A stretch of 64,000 bases of DNA from Octopus vulgaris (Eukaryota): positions 143,158,001-143,222,000 of the forward strand of contig OX597818.1 in NCBI GenBank assembly GCA_951406725.2, given 5' to 3'. The notes below the pieces were generated by a model, which saw nothing but the letters and a program-made list of their open reading frames with translations, searched no databases and had not been told where the DNA came from. A program made the translations under genes and the position numbers. Shown here piece after piece: positions 28,325-41,384 of this stretch (the first letter of the stretch is position 1; each line of letters begins with the position of its first letter).

Positions 28325-28880
28325 AAAAAAAATAATAATGAAATTATTGTATACAGTGCTCAGGTGCACCACAACTTGTCAGAAAGTGCATATAAAGTAC
28401 ATGCAGTAATGTAGAAATGTCTGGAAAGTGAACAATGTATGAGTCAGATACATGCTTGTGTGTGTATGGAGGGGAGAAAATCAGGTGTAGTGTTGGCGAA
28501 TCTCAGAAAGCATGGAAGTTTTGAAGGATGTAGTGCTCTGACAACTAACAACCGATGCCGGCAGTTTGCTCCATGCTTCAGCAACTCTCAGCGTGAAAAA
28601 ATGTTTCCTGAAGTCATGGGAGCTGTGCTGTTTTCTGACTTTGTAAATATGTCCACGGGTGTTAGATGGGTGGAGTTTGAAAAGGTGCTCAGAGTTATTG
28701 TTTGTACGATGGTTGATAATTTTATGGGTGTCTACCAAGTCAGCTGCCAGACGTCGGAGTTTCAATGTGTCCATGCCCAGGGAAGTAAGGTGTTCAGGAT
28801 ATGGCAAATGCCTGATGGAGGGTATTCTTTTGGTTGCACGTCGCTGAACAGCTTCCAGACGATTGATATCCTGGGCAAGA
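28325..28880 (-). mobile_element. CR1-clade LINE 3' end
   Basis: LEAVQRRATK...LRRLAADL...TRGH..K...RKHFFTLRVAEAWSKLP. Confidence 0.9.
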
Positions 28881-28959
28881 CATATATATATATAATGGCT
28901 TGCATGAGTCCACCAGCTTATCTGTGCTCTCTTGTTTATGCATATTAACATGACACATT

Positions 28960-29540
28960 CATAGAAGCAGGCTCATTTCTTTCTTGCCTTTACCACATCC
29001 ACTGCATTCACTGCCCAGGTTTCACTAGCCTACCACACCACAATTCACCTGCATGCAATTTACAATTCACTTTTCACTTAAAGGCAAAATCTCTTTGTTG
29101 CTAGCAGAGGTAAAAGCTCTCTGAATTTTTTCCATCCTATTCTAATTATTGCTACAGTACTTTCAGAAGCCCACTACCATCCTTGTTGTTGATTAGATCA
29201 TCTAGGTAACAGAAGCCTTCTACTACACCTAATGAGCTTCCCAGGCACTTGAAACAATTCATTTCATATGATCTTTTACCGTTAGCTACTATTATACATC
29301 TGTTACATATGAGTTTATTCCTTTCTGTTAGTCTGCCTTTGATTCCATGGCATCTTTCGTGTGCCCATTGTTTACTTTGGTACATAGTATAGAATTTCTA
29401 CCTTCACCTTTTCTGCATATTTGGAATGACACCTGCCTGTATTGATTTACTATGTGAGTGATTAGTCTATGTCCCACAGTGCCATTTATTTTCAGCATCT
29501 CAACAACTACCCCTGCTGGTCCAGCTGCTTGCTTTGTCTT
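28960..29540 (-). mobile_element. Decayed, internally deleted RTE LINE (zinc-finger-in-RT family)
   Basis: AAGPAGVVVEMLK, CRKGEGRNSILCT, WAHERCHGIKGRL, VVEGFCYL. Confidence 0.75.
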
Positions 29541-29600
29541 CATACATACATACATACATTGCTGAACAATTCTTTCTGCATATACTTAAGCAGAGAGTAA

Positions 29601-29646
<46 letters not shown>

Positions 29647-29776
29647 ATGATATATATTACAGATATATTTCACACACAGATACACACAAAATATTTGTTT
29701 TACTTAATCAATCATTCCTTGAGTCTTTCCATTCTGTTGTTATTTTAAAAGCATTTTTAAATAACAACCTAAAATT

Positions 29777-29811
<35 letters not shown>

Positions 29812-29814
<3 letters not shown>

Positions 29815-29940
29815 TTCAGATGAATATGGTACTTAAGTTAAGGCACCAGAATTTAGTATGGTATTATCCATACAATTTCAAAGTAAGGTTATTAAAATCA
29901 AAATAAGCAACAAGGATATCCAGATCCTTGTTGCTTATTT

Positions 29941-29944
<4 letters not shown>
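29812..29944. mobile_element. Short asymmetric hairpin insertion in a microsatellite
   Basis: Perfect 21-bp arms ATCAAAATAAGCAACAAGGAT (29897-29917) and 29924-29944, between (GA)n and (TA)n. Confidence 0.55.
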
Positions 29945-29981
<37 letters not shown>

Positions 29982-30076
29982 AATTTGATTTAAAATTGTT
30001 AAATTGAATTTTTCCTTGTAAGTTTTGGAATTATATTCACTACTATTATTATTATTATTATGTGTATATATATCTA

Positions 30077-30111
<35 letters not shown>

Positions 30112-30208
30112 GTGTGTGTGTGTGTGTGTGTGTGTGTCTGTCTGTGTCTCTGTGTGTGCATGTGCATGTGGGTGTGTGCACACGCATGCGTGTTTATGTC
30201 ATTGTGTA

Positions 30209-31066
30209 CCAGGTGGTATGAAAAGGTTCTCAGACTAGTTATGTTTAATAAAAAATAACTTATTTACCTAAGTTTTAACATCATCTCCTTCAAAATAGAC
30301 ACATGACACAGCAATACACTGGTCCCAGCATTCTTGCCACTTTTGGAATCTGGTCTGGAAGTTGTTTTCCGTAAGCGAATTGAGGACCCTCTGCCATTCA
30401 CTCTGGATCAACAGCAACCCTTGAGTTGCATTTTCCTCTTGGGGAAGAGATGGAAGTCTGCAGGTGCTAAGTCTGATGAATAGGGTGAGTGCAGAAGTGA
30501 TGCCATGTTGTTTTTGGCGAGAGACCCATGAGTGAGGAGATCTTAGTGAAAAATTCAATTCTTTGCACTCTACAAATCTGGTTGCTTTCACTGACTGTCC
30601 TCCATCGAATACTTCAAACCATTGCAGTAGAACTCCCAATTGATGGTCTGACCCTGGGGGATGAACTCTCGATGCACAATGCAACATTTTTGGGGATAAA
30701 TCTTATGGAAGGTCTTCCAGATCACTCATTGTCTTCCAGGGACATTATTCTGCTTTTGAAGTGTCTGTGCCATATAAAACATTGCGTACGACCCATTGCC
30801 TTATCATCGTAAGTTTGTCAAAGCATGCTTAACATCTCTGTAGCAGACTTCCTAAGTTTAAAGCAAAATTTCATGTTGGATCTTTGTTCCTGTTCATGAC
30901 AAAATCATAGACTACACAAATTCCACAACTTGTGAAGTAAACAGTGATGTCACTCAGAACACTGCCTCATCAAAGTAACTGCTAGCTCCCACTGCACACA
31001 CAGCCATGTGCTTCCATCTGGTGGCATGCTACAGAACTAGTCCAGGAACTTTTTGATATCACCTCA
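30209..31066 (-). mobile_element. Internally deleted mariner transposon
   Basis: About 32-bp imperfect TIRs with TA flanks; C-terminus FQKWQECWDQCIAVSCVYFEGD. Confidence 0.9.
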
Positions 31067-31296
31067 TATATATACACACCCACACACATGCACACATATA
31101 TCAATGATGTTTTCTTCATGATTGCACGAATGAAATGCATGCGATGCATGTCTAAGTATATAAATATCTAAGGTACACAAGTGTAAGCACAAGTGTAAAT
31201 CTCAAGGTTTAAAATATGTTCTCCTTTTTGTCAGAGATAGTTGGAAAGAGGGTACATATGTGCAAAATGTACCCTATCTCAATGGTATAAATCCTT

Positions 31297-31470
31297 AAAA
31301 TCCTTTAAAATGTTTTAGCCCGAAGGCCGCAGCCATGCTTGGGCACCACCGCTGAATGAGCTACACTAATTTGTGAATCCACCTCTGATACGTGGCACTT
31401 GATCAACAAGGGAGTTCGATGCTGCTGCCCGCATCCGCGTCTCCTGTCGTGAGGTAGGTTCATCTGGGAC
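31297..31470 (-). mobile_element. Retroposon 3' fragment sharing the SINE-A tail
   Basis: The minus strand ends GGTGGTGCCCAAGCATGGCTGCGGCC...(TTTAAAGGA) repeats. Confidence 0.45.
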
Positions 31471-32760
31471 TTTTAATTTTTTAAATTATATGCTCTAACT
31501 TCAGTACAAAGAGTTACTCCTGATACATACATACATACATACATACATACATACATACATACATACATACATACATGCATTCATTCTTGCATACACACAG
31601 CCACACATAAACATACACACACTCACACATATGTATATGCATGCACATACATACCTCTCCCCTCCACACACACAATTACATATACATTCATAAATATATC
31701 CCTATACTTGGACACATTAAGATATATACATACAAATCTCTCTTTCTGTCTAGTATTTCAGACAGAATGGAATGCAGATGGAATATTTGTCTGAAGGCAC
31801 TGGGTGGAGGGGGAGTTCCAAAAGTCAAGATTATATTGGCGCTCTTATCCATTCCTGATATTGACTGCATTTTCTTAGCTATTAAGCTAATGATACCATG
31901 TAACTGAGCTCAACTCTTTTACATGTTTATACATGCGTACATGTGAATGTCTATGCATGCGTTTGTGAATCTACGCATTTGTGTGTATGTATATGTGAGC
32001 ATGTGTGTATGATGTATATATGTATATGTATATATGTATATGTATATATGTATATATGTGTGTATGATGTACATATGTATATATGTATATGTATATATGT
32101 ATATATGTGTGTATGATGTATATATGTATATGTATATATGTATGTATATATGTGTATATGTGTGTATGATGTATATATGCTTAGCACATACGCATATTTG
32201 TACGTGTGTGTGGTATGTGTTTCTGTATCTGTGTCTGTGTGTATGTGTGTATGCATATGTGTGTGCGTGTGTATGTGAGTGTGTGTGTGCGTCATTGTCA
32301 TCACCGTCGTCATCACCGTCGACATCATCATCATCATCATTTAACATTCACTTTCCGTGCTGTGAATTATGTATAGTTTTCGGAGGTTTCCGAGGCAAAC
32401 TTCTTAAAGCTATCCATAAGCCACAATTAAGAAATTTGCCTTGCAACTCCATGGTTTTAGTTTCAATTCTGCTGCATAGCACCATTGTGGGGTATCTTCT
32501 AATATAGACTCAGGCTAAACAATGCTTTGTGAGGGAATTTGGTAGGCCAAATCTGTGTGGACGGCCATTGTGTATATGTATATGTGTGTGTATGTATGTA
32601 TGTATGTATGTATGTATGTATGTATGTATGTATGTATGTTTGTGTGCATGTGTGTGTATGTGTGTATATAGGCATACATTTATGAGTGTATAAGTACATA
32701 CTTGCATGGGGGAGTGTATGTATGTGTATGCATATATTTAAATATGTGGTTGTATATATG

Positions 32761-32825
<65 letters not shown>

Positions 32826-32856
32826 GAAAGAATGGAGTCAAACGAAGATGTTAACA

Positions 32857-32951
32857 AAATTCCTTTACTCTCAACACATGTTTCGAAGACAGCATGTTTT
32901 CATTCCAAAGGAATAAAGGGTGCATTATGCAATCTTCTCATCAGGAATTTT
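32857..32951 (-). ncRNA. Hammerhead motif in a Penelope-like repeat next to (TA)n
   Basis: Minus strand: ttc-CTGATGA-GAAGA...TCTTC-GAAACATGTGTT-gag. Confidence 0.5.
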
Positions 32952-33199
32952 CCATGCTGACGATAAACATAGGATAATTCATTCTCCTACTTAAATATAT
33001 ATATATACGTATGAATATATATGTGTGTGTGTGTGTGTGTGCATGTGTGTATATATATAATGTAATAATATATCTATATCTATGTGACCACGTGTGCATC
33101 GCTGGCAATATTTCTTTCCTTTCCTGAGCATCCAATAATAAACACAGTACTTGTTCCATGTCCTCGCATTGTTGTTTTTTCTTACTTGTTCTATTTATG

Positions 33200-33222
33200 G
33201 TGTTGGTGTTGCTGTCGCTGCT

Positions 33223-33253
<31 letters not shown>

Positions 33254-34010
33254 CTAATGATCATGATGATGGTGACGACGACGACGACGATGATGATGAT
33301 GATGATGCAAAAAGTACTCAAAACTTAAGTAAAGTGAAGTAACGTTCATTCAAAGTTGAGATAGTATGAGTTGCTACTTGGAGTTTTGCATTTCCATTCC
33401 TTAGTTGACTGTGTATCCATACTTGGAATTGGCTTTCAATACAAATCTGGCTTTCTTTTTGATCAGCCGACAATTGGAATCAATTTGTGCAGAGTCTCTT
33501 GGTTACTGGTGGATAGGAGAGAAGAGAGGAAAAGATGGCAAAAGAAAGAATGAGAGAGAGGTAGAGACACAAAGAGATAGGCAAAATGGTGAAGAAGAAG
33601 AAGAAGAAGAAGAAGAAAGAGGAGGATGATGATGAAGAAGAAAGAGGAGGATGATGATGAAGAGGAGGAGGAGGGGAGGAGATGGAAGAGGAAAGAGGAG
33701 GAGATGGAAGAGGAAAGAGGAGGAGGTGGAGGAGAAGAAGAAGAAGAAGAAGAAGAAAGAGGATGATGATGATGAAGAGGATAAGGAGAGGAGGATAAAG
33801 AGGAGGAGGGGAGGAGATGGAAGAGGAAAGAGGAGGAGGAGCAGGAGGAGGAGGAGAAGAAAAAGAAGAAGAAGAAAGAGGAGGAGGGGGAGGGGAAGAG
33901 GATGAGGATGAGGATAAAGCGAAGGGGAGGAAGAGGAGGAGGATGAAGAGGAGAAGAAGAAGAAGGTGGTGGTGGTGGTGGTGGTGGTGGTGGTGGTGGT
34001 GTTGGCAATG
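33200..34010. repeat. Trinucleotide low-complexity block (GCT/GAT/GAC/GAA/GGA/GGT)n
   Basis: Directly visible. Confidence 0.9.
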
Positions 34011-34459
34011 ATGATTGGATTGAGTGAAGAACAAAGCCAACAAAGACAAAAGACTAGAAGAGGAAGAGTATTGTGCTTGATGAGGCATGAAGAATTTTGG
34101 GCTGGAAAATTTAAAATAAGGTAGCATTAGTCTTATATTGAGATTAATTGTTTTGTTTTTTTTTCTGAAGTTAGTGGCTTGTCAGTCATCAGTATGAAGG
34201 ATAGTGATTTGGAGTTTGTGTTATGAGCTCCATACATATGCACATATAAATTCATGAATATTCACACACATGCACAGACATAGTTACCCACAAAGACAAC
34301 TTGTGCATGCTTAACAATACAATTACATGTATACTTGTACATACCTTAACCTCTCGTTCTCCCTCTCCCCTTCTTTCTATTTCTCTCCACCCCACCTCCA
34401 ATGCACACATATATATGGATAGATAGTTATGGATACATAGATATATGAGTGTGTGTGTA

Positions 34460-34622
34460 TGGCTGTGTGGTAAGTAGCTTACTTACGAACCACATGGTTC
34501 TGGGTTCAGTCCCATTGCGTGGCACCTTGGGCAAGTGTCTTCTGCTATAGCCTTGGGCCGACCAAAGCATTGTGAGTGGATTTGGTAGACTGAAACTGAA
34601 AGAAGCCCATCGTATATATGTG

Positions 34623-34653
<31 letters not shown>

Positions 34654-34662
34654 ATGTATATA

Positions 34663-34748
<86 letters not shown>

Positions 34749-34950
34749 TTGTGTGTCTGTATCTGTCCCGCCAACATCGCTTGAGAACAGATGCTGGTGT
34801 GTTTACATCCCCGTAACTTAGTGGTTCAGCAAAAGAGACCTATAGAATAAGTACTAGGCTTACAAAGAATAAGTCCTGGGGTCAATTTGCTCGACTAAAG
34901 GCAGTGCTCCAATGACTGAAACAAGTAAAAGAGTAAAAGGGTAAAAGAGT
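34460..34950 (+). mobile_element. CORE-type SINE family A, near full length
   Basis: TGGCTGTGTGGTAAG box A, GGTTCAGTCCC box B, core, expanded internal (TA)n(TG)n and (GTAAAAGA)n tail. Confidence 0.9.
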
Positions 34951-35189
34951 ATGCATGCATATACACATATATATATTAATATATACTCATACATATGTGC
35001 AAGTATAAATTATCTGTGTACACACACACACACACACACACATACACACACACACATACACATATATATGGAAGTATATATGTCTCTTCTATTTTTTAAT
35101 TATTATAAATCTTCCACTGAGGAGGGAGCCAGTTTCCAACAAAGATACAAGGCTCCATATTTGGGATATAGTTAACACAGAAAAATTCA

Positions 35190-35645
35190 CATTTGGAACT
35201 TGAGAAAAATCTTGCATATTTTTACTGTTCCGCTTATGGATTGCACTTGTAATGTACGAATTAGCCGTTCGATTTCTCTTCCTGGAAATCCCAGTTTATC
35301 CTGATTCTCCTCTAAGCATTTACTAACAAAACCTAGTGCTCCAATTATTATTGGTATGAATATGAATTCCTAGTCTGGATATAGAAGCTGGAGGCTTCGA
35401 AGCATTTGTCCATCGATATCCTCTTTTTCTTTGATTTTTCTAGAGATATTTATATCTGCAGGGAAGCTGACCTCTATGATGGTACATATCTTTGCCCCTC
35501 TGTCCCAAACAACAATATCCAGTCTGTTATGTTTGCATTTGACAGAAGTTTTAATGGGAATATTCCACCAGTATTCCTTGCTTTGGTGTTTATGAATGTA
35601 TTCCATAACAGAGGGATTTCCTAAGTATATTTCAGGACAGTCTAG
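35190..35645 (-). mobile_element. R4/Dong-clade non-LTR element, restriction-like endonuclease C-terminus
   Basis: YWWNIPIKTSVKCKHNRLDIVVWD...IIEVSFPAD.NI..K..EK...IPIIIGALG. Confidence 0.85.
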
Positions 35646-35844
35646 GCACAGGAGTGGTTGTGTATGTATGTATGTATGTATGTATGTATGTATGTATGTA
35701 TGTATGTATGTATGTATGTATGTATGTATAGGAGCAGGAGTGGCTATGCATAGGTGAAGGAGTGGCTGTATATATAGATGCAGTAGTGGCTGTGTGGTAA
35801 GAAGCTTGCTTCCCAACCACATGGTTCTAGTTTCAGTCCCATGC

Positions 35845-36955
35845 TTCACCTCCTTATCCCATGTCTTTTTGGGTCTGCTTCTTCCACAGACTCCCTCCAC
35901 TGTTAGAGTGTGACACTTCTCCTCACTGTTGTCCTCATCCATATGCATCACACGACCATGCCAGCACAGTCATCTCTCTTGCACACCACATCTGATGTTT
36001 CTTATGTCCAACTTTTCTCTCAGGATGCTTACACTCAGTCAGTCATGCACATCCAGTGGATCATACTAGCTTCATTTCTTACAAGCCTATACATGTCCTC
36101 AGCAGCCACAGCCCATGTTTCCATATCCTCAGCAGTCATGGCCATGTAATGTAGCTGTTTGCAAACAAGTATAATACAGTCTACTTTTCACTCTGAGTGA
36201 GAGGCCCTTTGTTACCAGTGGATGTAGGAGCTTTCTGAACTTTGCCCAGCCTATTCTTATTCTAGCAGCTATCCTCTCAAAGCATCCACCCCCACTACTG
36301 ACTTGGTCATCTAAGTAATGGAAGCTATAGACTACTTCTAGTTTTTCCCCCTGGCATGTGATGGAATCTATTTTCTGTACATTTTTGGTGTTTTTTGTAC
36401 CTGTGCACTTTCCACACACAAAAACTATTTTCCTGTTAACCTTCGTCTGATATTGCTGCACCTCTTATGTGTCCATAGCTTACACCAGGTACATCTTATG
36501 GAATTTCTACCTATGCCTTTCCTACAGATTGACCAGGGCCATCTACCTGAAGGAATTTGTGATTTGTCTGCCTTCCTATTTCCTAAGACTTTGGTTTTTG
36601 TTAGGTTAACTCTAAGACCCTTCAACTCCAGACCTTGCTTCCACACCTGAAACTTCTCTAGTTCTGGTAGTGATTCAGCTATTAGAGCAAGGTCATCAGC
36701 ATCCATAGTTTCCACATTGACCACCAGATAAGGTATTGGGGGACCCTGTCAAAGGCTTTCTCCATGTTAACAAAAGCCAATTACAGAGGTTTATCTTTGG
36801 CCAGGTATTTCTCTTGCAGCTGTCTTACCAGAAATTCAACATCAGTGGTGCTTCTCCTTGGTGCAAAACCAAACTTGCATCTCATCTAAACTAACTCTCT
36901 CCCTAATTCGTTGGGCTATGACCCTTTCTGTGACTTTCATCACATGATCCAACAA
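35845..36955 (-). mobile_element. RTE LINE RT C-terminal half with an embedded Cys/His finger
   Basis: ADDLALIAES...GLRVNLTKTK...ICRKGIGRNSIRCTWCKLWTHKRCS...FVCGKC...RIRIGWAKFR. Confidence 0.9.
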
Positions 36956-36957
36956 TC

Positions 36958-37006
<49 letters not shown>

Positions 37007-37031
37007 CATATATATACACACACACACACAC

Positions 37032-37098
<67 letters not shown>

Positions 37099-37702
37099 GG
37101 TACAGTCGTGGCTGTATGGTAAGAAGATTGCTTCATAACCATATGCTTCTAGGTTCAGTCCCACTGCATAACACCTTAGGCAATTGTCTTCTACTATGGA
37201 CTTGGACCAACCCAAGTCTGTTGAGTAGATGAAAAATGAAAGAAGCCTGTCGTGTATGTATGTGTGTGCGTGTGTGTGTATATCTATGTTTGTGTGTGTG
37301 TACATACATTATGTATGTATACACACACACGTCATATATATATAAAGCACATGCATACACACATACATTCACACTCAGATAAATATGCATGCATACAAAC
37401 ACATCCCATATACATAATAATAATAGCTTTAGCACATCAGATGACAGCTCACGTTGAGGTGATGAGACAGACATCTGTAAATTGCAGTGATGTATGAATA
37501 TATCACAACATGACATGCATACCCCCCTCTAGGTATCCAAGTATCTAGAATTAAAGAGCCATGACAGACAGATGTTAAGGTAACTGGTAACTATTTGAAC
37601 TGAATGGTTTATTTCAGAGGGATTTCTAAATTTTTCTTGTAAAAATAATACCTACAAGTCAAGGTTTGATTTGGGATGTTTAGTTCACCAAATGGATTTA
37701 TG

Positions 37703-38083
37703 GAAGCACTCCGTCGGTTACGACGACGAGGGTTCCGGTTGATCCGAATCAACGGAACAGCCTGCTCATGAAATTAACGTGTAAGTGGCTGAGTACCCCA
37801 CAGACACGTGTACCCTTAACATAGTTCTCGGGGATATTCAGCGTGACACAGAGAGTGACAAGGCCGGCCCTTTGAAATACAGGTACAACAGAAACAGGAA
37901 GTAAGAGTGAGAGAAAGTTGTGGTGAAAGAGCACAGCAGGGATCACCACCAACCCCTGCCGGAGCCTTGTGGAGCTTTAGGTGTTTTCGCTCAATAAACA
38001 CTCACAACGCCCGGTCTGGGAATCGAAACCGCGATCCTACGACCGCGAGTCCACTGCCCTAACCACTGGGCCATTGCGCCTCC
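37703..38083 (-). mobile_element. Full-length SINE family B
   Basis: TSD ACCAAATGGATTTAT at 37687-37701 and 38084-38098. Confidence 0.9.
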
Positions 38084-38189
38084 ACCAAATGGATTTATTG
38101 CACATCCAGAAGTAAACCAAGAGATTTTCTGGTGCCCACACAACACACACACAGACATACATACATGCACACGTACACACACACGCATA

Positions 38190-38495
38190 GTTAAGTTAAG
38201 TTAATTTTTTGGCTCAAAAAGCAAAAAGCAAGACCATGTAGGGGGACATGGAGTTATGTACAGGGTGGTGTTCATACAAAGAGTTTAGGCCATTTGTGGT
38301 CAAGGGAGACTTTGAACCGAGCGGTTGTTGGCATCTTCACTATCTCGTCCGGCAGCTTATTCCACGGATCCGCAACCCAGACGGAGAAAGCCCCTCTCCT
38401 TCGATTGAGATGAAATCGTTGCAGATAGAGCTCTTCGGAGTGACCCCGCAGCCGACACTCTGGAGCAGGTTACACTTTTCGCTTATGATGCGTGC
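38190..38495 (-). mobile_element. CR1 LINE 3' end with (TTAAC)n tail
   Basis: RLRGHSEELYLQRFHLNRRRGAFSVWVADPWNKLPDEIV. Confidence 0.85.
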
Positions 38496-38533
38496 ATGCA
38501 CACAGAAAAGATGTACTGGAATCACTGGCAATG

Positions 38534-38790
38534 GAGGCATATGGCTTCATGGTTAAGGTGTTGGACTCATGGTCCTAAAATTGCAGTTTTGACTCCTGCA
38601 CTGGGTGGCACTTTGTGTTCTTGAGCAAAACACTTCATTTCATGTTGTTCCAATTCACTCACCTGGCAAAAATGAATAATCCTGTGATGGACTGGTGTCC
38701 CATTCAGGTGGGGAATATATATACACCAGAGAAACTAGGAAATCAGCCCTTATGAGTCAGCATGACTTGAGAAGGTATTTTTGCTTTAAT
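38534..38790 (+). mobile_element. tRNA-derived SINE family D (decayed)
   Basis: Same family as 47263-47469. Confidence 0.75.
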
Positions 38791-38799
38791 CACTGTCAG

Positions 38800-39880
38800 A
38801 CTATCCAAGAATTTAAGCTTCATATGTAATTGGTGCACTAGAGCAGTACATACAAGCACATCTGAGATTAAGTCTCCTAAATGTCAAGATGGCTCATTAG
38901 AGGTCGTTGATTGCTTTTGTTATCTAGGAGAAGTAATTAGCAAGAGAGGGGGTTACTCTGAAAGTATGGTTACTAGAGTAAGAACTGGTTGGAGGAAATT
39001 CAGGGAGCCAAGACCCCTGGCAACAACAAAGACCTTTTCTCTTAGAGTGAAGGGCAGATTCTCTTTTTTTTTTTTTTTTTTTTGTTTTTACTTGTTTCCG
39101 TCATTTGAGTGCGGCCATGCTGGAGCACCGCCTTTAATCGAGCAACTCGACCCCGGGACTTATTCTTTTGTAAGCCCAGTACTTATTCTATCGATCTCTT
39201 TTGCCGAACCGCTAAGTAACGGGGACATAAGCACACCAGCATCGGTTGTCAAGCAATGCTGGGGGGACAAACACAGACACACAAACACACGCACATATAT
39301 ATATATACATATATACATATATACGACAGGCTTCTTTCAGTTTCCATCTACCAAATCCACTCACAAGGCTTTGGTTGGCCCGAGGCTATAGTAGAAGACA
39401 CTTGCCCAAGGTGCCATGCAGTGGGACTGAACCCGGAACCATGTGGTTGGTAAGCAAGCTACTTACCACACAGCCACTCCTGTGTACAATGCTTGTTAGA
39501 AATGCAATGTTGCATGGTAGTGAGATATTAGCCATGAATGCAGAGGACTTGAGAAGACTGGAAAGAAACGAAGTGAGCATGCTCTGTCGGATGTGCAACA
39601 TGAATGCGAGCAAAAGAATTGGTTCAAAGGTGCTGAACGAAAGACTGGTCATCAGAAGAATCAGATGTGTTCAAGAAAGGACTCTGAGATGGTATGGTCT
39701 TGTGATGCTTAAGGATGAGGAGAGTCTTATAAAGAAATGCTATTTGTTTAATGTGGCTGGAACCTGCTGAAAAGGAAGACCTTGGAAGATATGCGATGAA
39801 GTGGTGACAGCTGACCTCAAGACCTTGAGTCTGATGGATGAAAAGACAGGGGAGTGGAATTTCTGATGATATGAGATTCT
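38800..39880 (+). mobile_element. RTE LINE 3' fragment interrupted by SINE A (39061-39480, minus)
   Basis: RVRTGWRKFRE..LRVKGR | ..VRNAMLHGSE..LERNEVSMLCRMC..LRWYG. Confidence 0.85.
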
Positions 39881-40574
39881 CAAAAAGGCTCACCCACCTC
39901 AGCAGACCTGAGTTCAGGAAGCCCTATATTTTGGGTTCTCCACCCATTACAGTGACTCCCTCCCCCTTGTGCACTATGTCTACCTCTTCCCCCTCCTCTC
40001 TTGTTTTCCATCCACCAGCAACTCTGAATACTCTCTGATCCCCTCTCTTCAGCATCCCTCTACCATCCCCAGCTCATAACTTTTGTCTTATCCTCCCTTC
40101 AACCCCACTTTTTGGCAGTCTGCTCCCTTCCTCCCATTCCATACAATCTTATAAACCACTACACACTTCTATTCTACTCAGTTTGTGCCTTATGGGGTTA
40201 CCTGGGCATTTTATCTCCTCCATTCTATATGTCTTGCGGCCCCTACTGGTCATTTTCTCTTCTTCCTCACTCACATTTTGTTTCCTATTATATGAGTAGC
40301 CATGCAGATCCCCCTGCAAGAACCTGCTCAGCTCTTCTCTCTCATAATAATCCCTTCATCCCCTAGAATGAAACTCCCCCACCCCACCTAGCCTAGGGCC
40401 CATGGTCCTGCAAACTGCATGGCAAGCTCAATAATGCAGATTGGTACAGGAATATCACCCAGTCCATTAGGAAGGGTATCCAGCCATGGAAACCATGCCA
40501 AAGTCCTTGGACACATTAGTTCCTGTCAAACCATCCAACATGGAACATGAATGTTAACTGATATATCTATACGT

Positions 40575-40740
40575 ATGAGTAGGGGCTGAAAAGCTCCTGG
40601 CTTCGGATAAAAGAAAATATGATTTTATTTAACATATTTCACTCTCAGATTCACATACTTATTATAGCAGTCCTACAGTTTTCCTAAGCCCTGTAAAAGA
40701 GCTCAGAATGTTGGGCCCCCTACTAGGTCTTCCATGATAC
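40575..40740 (-). mobile_element. Mariner terminal fragment
   Basis: TIR-like GAGTAGGGGCTGAAAAGCTCCTGGCT followed by a decayed transposase 3' end. Confidence 0.5.
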
Positions 40741-41302
40741 ATACATACATACATACATACATACCTATATATAAAACGTTGACTTTTTGACGTACACAAT
40801 ATTTTAATCATATATATATTGTGTATGTCAAAAAGTCAATGTTTCTTTTTTCTAAGAGACCGCGCAGACAATGAACGTGTGATTGTGTTGATTGACACAC
40901 CATGACATTCATATGTGTGTGTATTCTCTGTGTGTATTCTGTGTGTGTATTCTCTGTGTGTATTCTGTGTGTGTATTCTGTGTGTGCATGTGTGCTGACG
41001 TTATGGAAGTCATGTATTTTTTTTTATCAAGAAATAGCAAAAATTGTATTTAATCGTTTAAATAGTGGTCGAAATGTCTCAAAAATTTGTACTGCACTAC
41101 CAAAGGTAAGTATGAAAATAAATATGTAAAAATATTAAGATAGAATATACTATTTCTGAGATATTTCAGTTACATACAAACATCCCTAGAGTTGTATTAT
41201 CAAGATCATCATCATCATCATCATCATCATTTAACGTCCGCTTTCCATGCTAGCATGGGTTGGACGATAGCATGGGTTGGACGATTTAGCATGGGTTGGA
41301 CG

Positions 41303-41350
<48 letters not shown>

Positions 41351-41384
41351 TGTATGTATGTATGTATGTATGTATGTATGTATA

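Noticed and set aside
33463-34127. Poly-Pro/Ser/His/Arg ORFs
   Set aside because: Trinucleotide runs are open in several frames on both strands, with no domain or convincing splice sites.
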